Below are positions 59,101 through 64,000 of a DNA stretch of 64,000 nucleotides, one piece after another. The notes beneath the pieces were generated by a model. That model had not been told where the DNA came from. It saw only the letters and a list, made by a program, of their open reading frames with translations, and made no database searches. The position numbers and the translations under genes were made by a program. This stretch comes from a virus (lineage: Duplodnaviria > Caudoviricetes): IMG/VR virus record IMGVR_UViG_3300031555_001562. The stretch is one strand, 5' to 3'. Positions within the stretch are counted from its first letter, which is position 1. The number at the start of each line of letters is the position of its first letter.

Positions 59101-59898
59101 ATGTCAGTATTAAGAAGTAAACGGCATATCGCTGAGACTGAGTTTGAGCATACATTCTCTGAGTTGTATGCTTATAGCATGGAGCATACGGCAGCTGTAC
59201 CAAAGCGTCGTAAGAAGTGGCTTTGCACCAACATTGACATGACCATGAATCGACTATTTGATCTTATCATGGAAATCAATGAGGGTTACTACTCAAAAGA
59301 AGAAGTTCAACAGGCACACGATGACTTAATTGGACAGTCTCTTGACTGTCTGATTAAGTTGGAGAAGCCTTTGATGATAATGTGGAATGTTGAATCATAT
59401 GAGACACGTAAAATGGCTCATTGGATAGACATTATCAACAGGGAGATTGTGTTACTCAATAACATGCACAGCAATAGGAAAAAGAAACCAAAGCAGATCC
59501 GAATCTTAGATTGGAAGAAGATCAATTCAGTTGCTTTCTTGAAGAACATGTCTAACTTCAATCGGTATGTTCATGGCAAGGTAATTCATGCGAAAAATCG
59601 ATATGATGACACAGAAGCATCTCTGCTAATTCGATTAGTGGACGATGCTTTTTATTCGTTGATGGAGGCAAATTTCAGAATTCCTGAGACGAAGAAAGAG
59701 TATGAAGAACGGCGGAAAAAGATTTCACACGCAATTTCTTGCTTAAACAAGATGAATAGGCCAATGGTCTTCTATTTCAACACAATGCAATACAGTGAGC
59801 GAGTAATGCGTGAGTGGGCAGATATGCTTACAAACGAACTCAAAATGCTGTATGCATTGCAAAAATCTGATAAGAGCCGTTTTAGGCACTTACAATAA
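59101..59898 (+). CDS. avd: DGR accessory variability determinant, apparently two tandem Avd domains
   Basis: Between VR and TR; MSVL.SKR start, AN.R.P......R motif and KSDK.RF end; basic and helical; about twice normal length. Confidence 0.75.
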   Translation: MSVLRSKRHIAETEFEHTFSELYAYSMEHTAAVPKRRKKWLCTNIDMTMNRLFDLIMEINEGYYSKEEVQQAHDDLIGQSLDCLIKLEKPLMIMWNVESYETRKMAHWIDIINREIVLLNNMHSNRKKKPKQIRILDWKKINSVAFLKNMSNFNRYVHGKVIHAKNRYDDTEASLLIRLVDDAFYSLMEANFRIPETKKEYEERRKKISHAISCLNKMNRPMVFYFNTMQYSERVMREWADMLTNELKMLYALQKSDKSRFRHLQ

Positions 59899-59927
59899 CA
59901 ATTTCATATAGTCGGTTATATTCTGCG

Positions 59928-60060
59928 TTCCGCTAACAACTGGTGGTTGCGCTCACCTAATGTTGGCAACACCACTAACTTCTGGAATGTCAACAACAAT
60001 GGCAACTTGAACAACAACAACAACGCCAGCAACTCTAATGGCGTGTGTCCCTGATTCTCA
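59928..60060 (+). repeat. DGR template repeat (TR)
   Basis: AAC-rich copy of the VR between avd and the RT gene. Confidence 0.95.
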
Positions 60061-60340
60061 TACATGAAGTAACCTAAAATAAGGGTGAAGTCTATTATTT
60101 GAGATATGAATGAGAAGGAGAATATAACCGTCCATATTTCAATATGGTAAATAATACGCACTTTTGCATTAAAGAGTGCATGCTATGACAGCATTCCGGT
60201 GCGGACGGGTGGACGCTTCTTGCATGGATCGGAAATGATTGCAATTCCGGTTTTCATACCCATATGCCTAGTAGCCATAACCGCAATCAAACAATAAGGC
60301 TATACGGAGGAATATCAAACAAACAGAAAGAAGTTAAACG

Positions 60341-61633
60341 ATGACCAATAATGATCGTATACAGGCCAGAATTGCACGAGATAAGGAACGTCGGCGGCTA
60401 CGTAAGATCGAGCGAAAGAAAGAATATGATGACTTCAATAGTGTAATTACCATGCAACATTATGTAGATGCTTTACGTAAATGTAAGAAAGGTGTTAACT
60501 GGAAGGGATCTGTTCAAGAGTATTCGCAGAATGCAATTTCTGAAATAGACTCCGCAATCGTGTCTCTTGAGAACGGAGTTTTGCCTAAACTATCCAGTGT
60601 AAAACACATTGTTTTATACGAACGTGGTAAGAAGAGAACGATCACGCCCATCACAATAAGAGATCGCATGACTCAGCGTGTGTTGTGCGATCACTCATTG
60701 GTTCCTGTGTTGGAACATAATCTGATTTATGATAATGGCGCAAGTCTAGAGGGAAAGGGCGTTGAGTTCACACGCAAACGATTATTGATTCACTTAAAAG
60801 AAGCTGTTAAGGAATATGGAAGCGACTTTTATGCGCTGACATTTGACTTCAAAAGTTTCTTTGATAGCATTCCGCATAAAACATGTCTGAGGGTCTTAAA
60901 CGAACATTTTGAAGACCGATATATCAAAGGTCTTGTTATGGCTATTATTCGTTCATATCAGGAACCTTTCTTGGAGAAAGAACCTAATCCGGAATTGCGT
61001 GAATCCAAACTGTACCAGCTGAAGCATAATCAGTTACATGGAATTTGCCTAGGAAGTCAGATTTCTCAGATTATGGCACTTGCTGTACCAAACAAACTAG
61101 ATCACTTTGTAAAGGACGCTAAGAGTGTCCGGCATTATATTCGATACATGGATGATGGTATCATCCTGTCTGATAATAAAGAGTTCCTACATGCGCTATA
61201 TCTTGAAATGAAAGAAGTTTGTGAAGATCTTGGCCTTACTTTCAATGAACGCAAAACAAAAATTGTGAAGATGTCAAAAGGTTTTGTATTCATGAAAGTA
61301 AGATATCGTGTTACGAAGACTGGAAAGATCATTCGCACACTGGTTCGATCAGGAATTGTTAGAATGAGAAGAAAACTAAAGAAATTTTGCAGACTGGTCA
61401 GATTGAAGATTATGACATTGGACGATGTGTTCAACTCAATTCAATCATGGCTTGCGCATTCTAAGGTTGCATCTTCTTATAAAACTGTAAAAAGCATGTT
61501 GAAGCTTTACAATGAATTGTTTGACGGATATAAGATTACGAAAAAGTATGAACATGTAAAAGGAGGGAATCACGGTGAAATACTACAAGCTGATAAATGG
61601 CGAAAACTTCGTTGGTGTCGGAACGTCGCTTGA
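60341..61633 (+). CDS. DGR reverse transcriptase
   Basis: ERGKKR.I, RDR..Q, DF..FFDSI.H, G..LGSQISQ and YIRYMDD motifs. Confidence 0.95.
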   Translation: MTNNDRIQARIARDKERRRLRKIERKKEYDDFNSVITMQHYVDALRKCKKGVNWKGSVQEYSQNAISEIDSAIVSLENGVLPKLSSVKHIVLYERGKKRTITPITIRDRMTQRVLCDHSLVPVLEHNLIYDNGASLEGKGVEFTRKRLLIHLKEAVKEYGSDFYALTFDFKSFFDSIPHKTCLRVLNEHFEDRYIKGLVMAIIRSYQEPFLEKEPNPELRESKLYQLKHNQLHGICLGSQISQIMALAVPNKLDHFVKDAKSVRHYIRYMDDGIILSDNKEFLHALYLEMKEVCEDLGLTFNERKTKIVKMSKGFVFMKVRYRVTKTGKIIRTLVRSGIVRMRRKLKKFCRLVRLKIMTLDDVFNSIQSWLAHSKVASSYKTVKSMLKLYNELFDGYKITKKYEHVKGGNHGEILQADKWRKLRWCRNVA

Positions 61634-62339
61634 TATGCGCATGTTCCAACTGAAGCATCGTATCATTCTAGCGTGTACCGAAGAACAAGCTCAGTATATT
61701 CAGTGCAACGATCAGATGTATCGTGCGCTTTGGATGGTTCCTGTCAATAACGATAAGATATCGTATGAAACCTTAGATGTTATTCTGATCGAAAAAGAGG
61801 AATATGACATTCTCTATGAGGCAATTCAGTCTGGTGAAGATATTGTTGTCGAGCCGGAAGAGATGCCAGAGGTTGAGGATGAAGTCATTGTTGATCCCAA
61901 CACAGAGGTTACTGTTGAATATGTGAAATCTGCAAAGGTTGCCGAACTAAGTGCAATTTGCAATAAGGTAATTGAAAATGGCGTTGATGTTACTTTAAGT
62001 GACGGAGTTACATATCACTATTCACTGACTACACAGGATCAGCTGAATCTTATTACTCTTTCTACGATGATTGCATCTGGTGAAAACGCAATTCCTTATC
62101 ACGCAGATGGGGAACTATGCAGATACTATTCAGCTGCTGACGCAACCGCTATTATGAATGCGGCAACCGCATTTAAGACATATCACGTCACATACTTCAA
62201 TTCCTTGAAGGTGTATGTGAATTCTCTGGATAACATTGCAGATGTCTCTGCAATCCAGTATGGTGTGACAATTCCGGAAGAGTATCAATCAGATATCCTG
62301 AAGGACTTGATTGCGCAGATGGCAGGAGGTAATTCATAA
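61575..62339 (+). CDS. Putative tail fibre assembly protein (DUF4376-like)
   Basis: AGGAGG before GTG; SLT..DQ.N, YHADGELC, H.TYFNSLK. Confidence 0.6.
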   Translation: MKYYKLINGENFVGVGTSLDMRMFQLKHRIILACTEEQAQYIQCNDQMYRALWMVPVNNDKISYETLDVILIEKEEYDILYEAIQSGEDIVVEPEEMPEVEDEVIVDPNTEVTVEYVKSAKVAELSAICNKVIENGVDVTLSDGVTYHYSLTTQDQLNLITLSTMIASGENAIPYHADGELCRYYSAADATAIMNAATAFKTYHVTYFNSLKVYVNSLDNIADVSAIQYGVTIPEEYQSDILKDLIAQMAGGNS

Positions 62340-62806
62340 TGGTTATGAAAGTAAATAAGAACATTGTTTTGTTCGTTGTTGGATTTATGACCTATATTAC
62401 AATCGAAGTCCTGTTCCGTGGCTATTCATTTCCTTTGATGGGTCTTTGCGGTGGACTTGCAATTGTTATCCTTGACAAGATCAATAACAAGCTATCATGG
62501 AATACAGACATTCTGATTCAAGCATTGATCGGTTCCTTGCTGATTACATTCTTTGAGCTGGTTATTGGCGAATTGGCACTTCATACATCTATTGTGCCAA
62601 TTATGTGGGACTACTCTGATGTTCCGCTGAATTTTGACGGAGTAATCTGTCTTCCGTTCAGTCTGGCCTGGGCAGGACTGTCTCTTGTCGCAGTGTTCAT
62701 TGCTGATGCAATTACATACTACGTCTTCGAAGAGCTACCTGTGCCGTATTACAAGCTGTTCGGCAAGGTTATACTGAGATTCAAAGAAAAGAAATGCAAC
62801 TTCTGA
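62339..62806 (+). CDS. Multi-pass membrane protein (CmpB/ABC type IV-like)
   Basis: IE.LFRGYS, GG, WDYS..PLNF.G.ICLPFS motifs. Confidence 0.7.
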   Translation: MVMKVNKNIVLFVVGFMTYITIEVLFRGYSFPLMGLCGGLAIVILDKINNKLSWNTDILIQALIGSLLITFFELVIGELALHTSIVPIMWDYSDVPLNFDGVICLPFSLAWAGLSLVAVFIADAITYYVFEELPVPYYKLFGKVILRFKEKKCNF

Positions 62807-62852
62807 TAAAAATGGGGAGTACAAGCTTTATGCCTGTACTCCCTACTTTTTT
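62807..62852. terminator. Bidirectional terminator between convergent genes
   Basis: GGGAGTACA/TGTACTCCC stem flanked by A- and T-runs. Confidence 0.75.
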
Positions 62853-62864
62853 GCGCTTTCAGTT

Positions 62865-64000
62865 TTACTGACTATTCAGTTTTTTGACAGCATTTTTCTT
62901 CTGCTGATTAATCAGATGGATATACGTGTTATATGTGATCGTGATATCAGAATGACCGAGAAGTTCACTAACAGTCTTCACATCTTCACCATTCGCAAAA
63001 AGTCTACTTGCAAAAGTATGACGAAGAGAATGAAGCCCGTAGATCTTATCTTCTTCAAATCCTGCTGCAACAGCAATCTTTCTAAACATTCTATCAAGAT
63101 ATCTTGGAGCAACCGGCTTACCAGCTTTTGTGGCGAGAACGTAATCAAATGTGCCAGTAATCTCTTTCAGCCGAAGAAGAGCATCATAAGCATCATCATT
63201 GAGATGCACGTCTCTTGTACTGGTTTGAGACTTAGTTGAATCCTGTTCAATGACAACGTACTTTTTGGCAGCATCTACGCTTCTATCTTTGACAACGACT
63301 CTTGTTGCGTTGATATGGATGATTCTGTTGACAAGATCAACGTCAGTCCACTTCAGAGCTAAAAGTTCAGCAAGTCGCAGCCCGGTATTGACATCAAGTA
63401 CAATTGCATCTCCAAGGCGATATACTCTTTTACCATTCGAGTAAATGCCAACAGCAGCCTCACAGAGCTTCTTGGTCTCGTTTTCATCGTAGCAGCGGAT
63501 TTCTTTCTTACCAAACGAACTCTTGGCAGGAATCGTCACTCCGAGCGCAGGATTGAACAAAACTGTCTTCTGGATGATTCCAGTTCTAAAACACTCATTT
63601 ACTGCGTCATATGCCTTTTTGATCGTAGAATAAGACATTCCAGCTTCAGCCAGATTGTTAATCATATTCTGAACATCATTGGCCTGGATTGCCGCAAGCT
63701 GAATGTGACCGATCTGCGGAATCACCTGATAGGTTATAGTCTGCTCAAGGCGATCATAGCTCTTAGGTTTCAGCGTGTTCTTCTTATTGGTGTGCAACCA
63801 GTTCAGCATGTAGCTTTCAACTGTGTTTTTCTGCACGACTGTCTGATCGTTCTTGTAGAACTCTTTCTGGAATTCCTTCAGCTTCTTTTTGACTTCTCTT
63901 TCTGTTTTGCCATACAAGGCTTTGATGCGTGGTTTTCCTTTTTCATTGACACCGATGACCATTCTTGCAGTCCATGTTCCGTCCTTTCTCTGAGATATTG
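62865..64000 (-). CDS. Tyrosine integrase, 5' end outside the window
   Basis: TGLR..EL, TKS, HSLRHTFAS, LGH, TYNTY; frame continues upstream as ISQRKDGTWTAR (arm-binding domain). Confidence 0.9.
   Translation of the reverse strand, partial: ISQRKDGTWTARMVIGVNEKGKPRIKALYGKTEREVKKKLKEFQKEFYKNDQTVVQKNTVESYMLNWLHTNKKNTLKPKSYDRLEQTITYQVIPQIGHIQLAAIQANDVQNMINNLAEAGMSYSTIKKAYDAVNECFRTGIIQKTVLFNPALGVTIPAKSSFGKKEIRCYDENETKKLCEAAVGIYSNGKRVYRLGDAIVLDVNTGLRLAELLALKWTDVDLVNRIIHINATRVVVKDRSVDAAKKYVVIEQDSTKSQTSTRDVHLNDDAYDALLRLKEITGTFDYVLATKAGKPVAPRYLDRMFRKIAVAAGFEEDKIYGLHSLRHTFASRLFANGEDVKTVSELLGHSDITITYNTYIHLINQQKKNAVKKLNSQ

Noticed and set aside
59916-60161. 81-aa minus-strand ORF over the TR
   Set aside because: Artefact of the AAC-rich template repeat
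62807-62864. attP or prophage boundary next to the integrase
   Set aside because: The 58-bp gap is filled by a terminator, and no host genes or att core are visible

Overview
The whole window reads as one segment of a large temperate siphovirus (prophage or phage contig) with SPbeta-like gene order, most likely from a Firmicutes/Clostridia host (sigmaA promoters, strong GGAGG ribosome binding sites). No host chromosomal genes are visible. From left to right it holds: (1) small leftward early ORFs under two strong sigmaA promoters; (2) a ~1.5 kb repeat-rich, AT-rich control/origin region; (3) a YonO-type single-subunit RNA polymerase (GADKDGD motif) and a Zn-finger neighbour; (4) a coiled-coil protein followed by a ~560 nt structured non-coding region and an 8-tRNA array; (5) a beta-CASP ribonuclease, ClpP-like protease, metallophosphoesterase, HU and two more, unusual tRNAs; (6) terminase, portal, head and tail genes, RecU and a tyrosine recombinase; (7) the tape measure gene, tail tip genes and lysis cassette; (8) a complete diversity-generating retroelement (2570-aa target, VR, Avd, TR, RT); (9) an integrase cut by the window edge. 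The most notable observation is that the tape measure gene is split by an 864-nt group I intron (34058-34921) whose P9 region carries no homing endonuclease but a self-contained antisense transcription unit (sigmaA promoter, RBS, 98-aa Zn-finger/hydrophobic protein, terminator). Other notable points are the candidate large ncRNA with periodic repeats, an apparently tandem-duplicated Avd, tandem NrdR-like boxes in front of the DGR operon, and an 8/4-fold tRNA-Ser. All family assignments come from motifs and synteny read by eye; no database searches were run.
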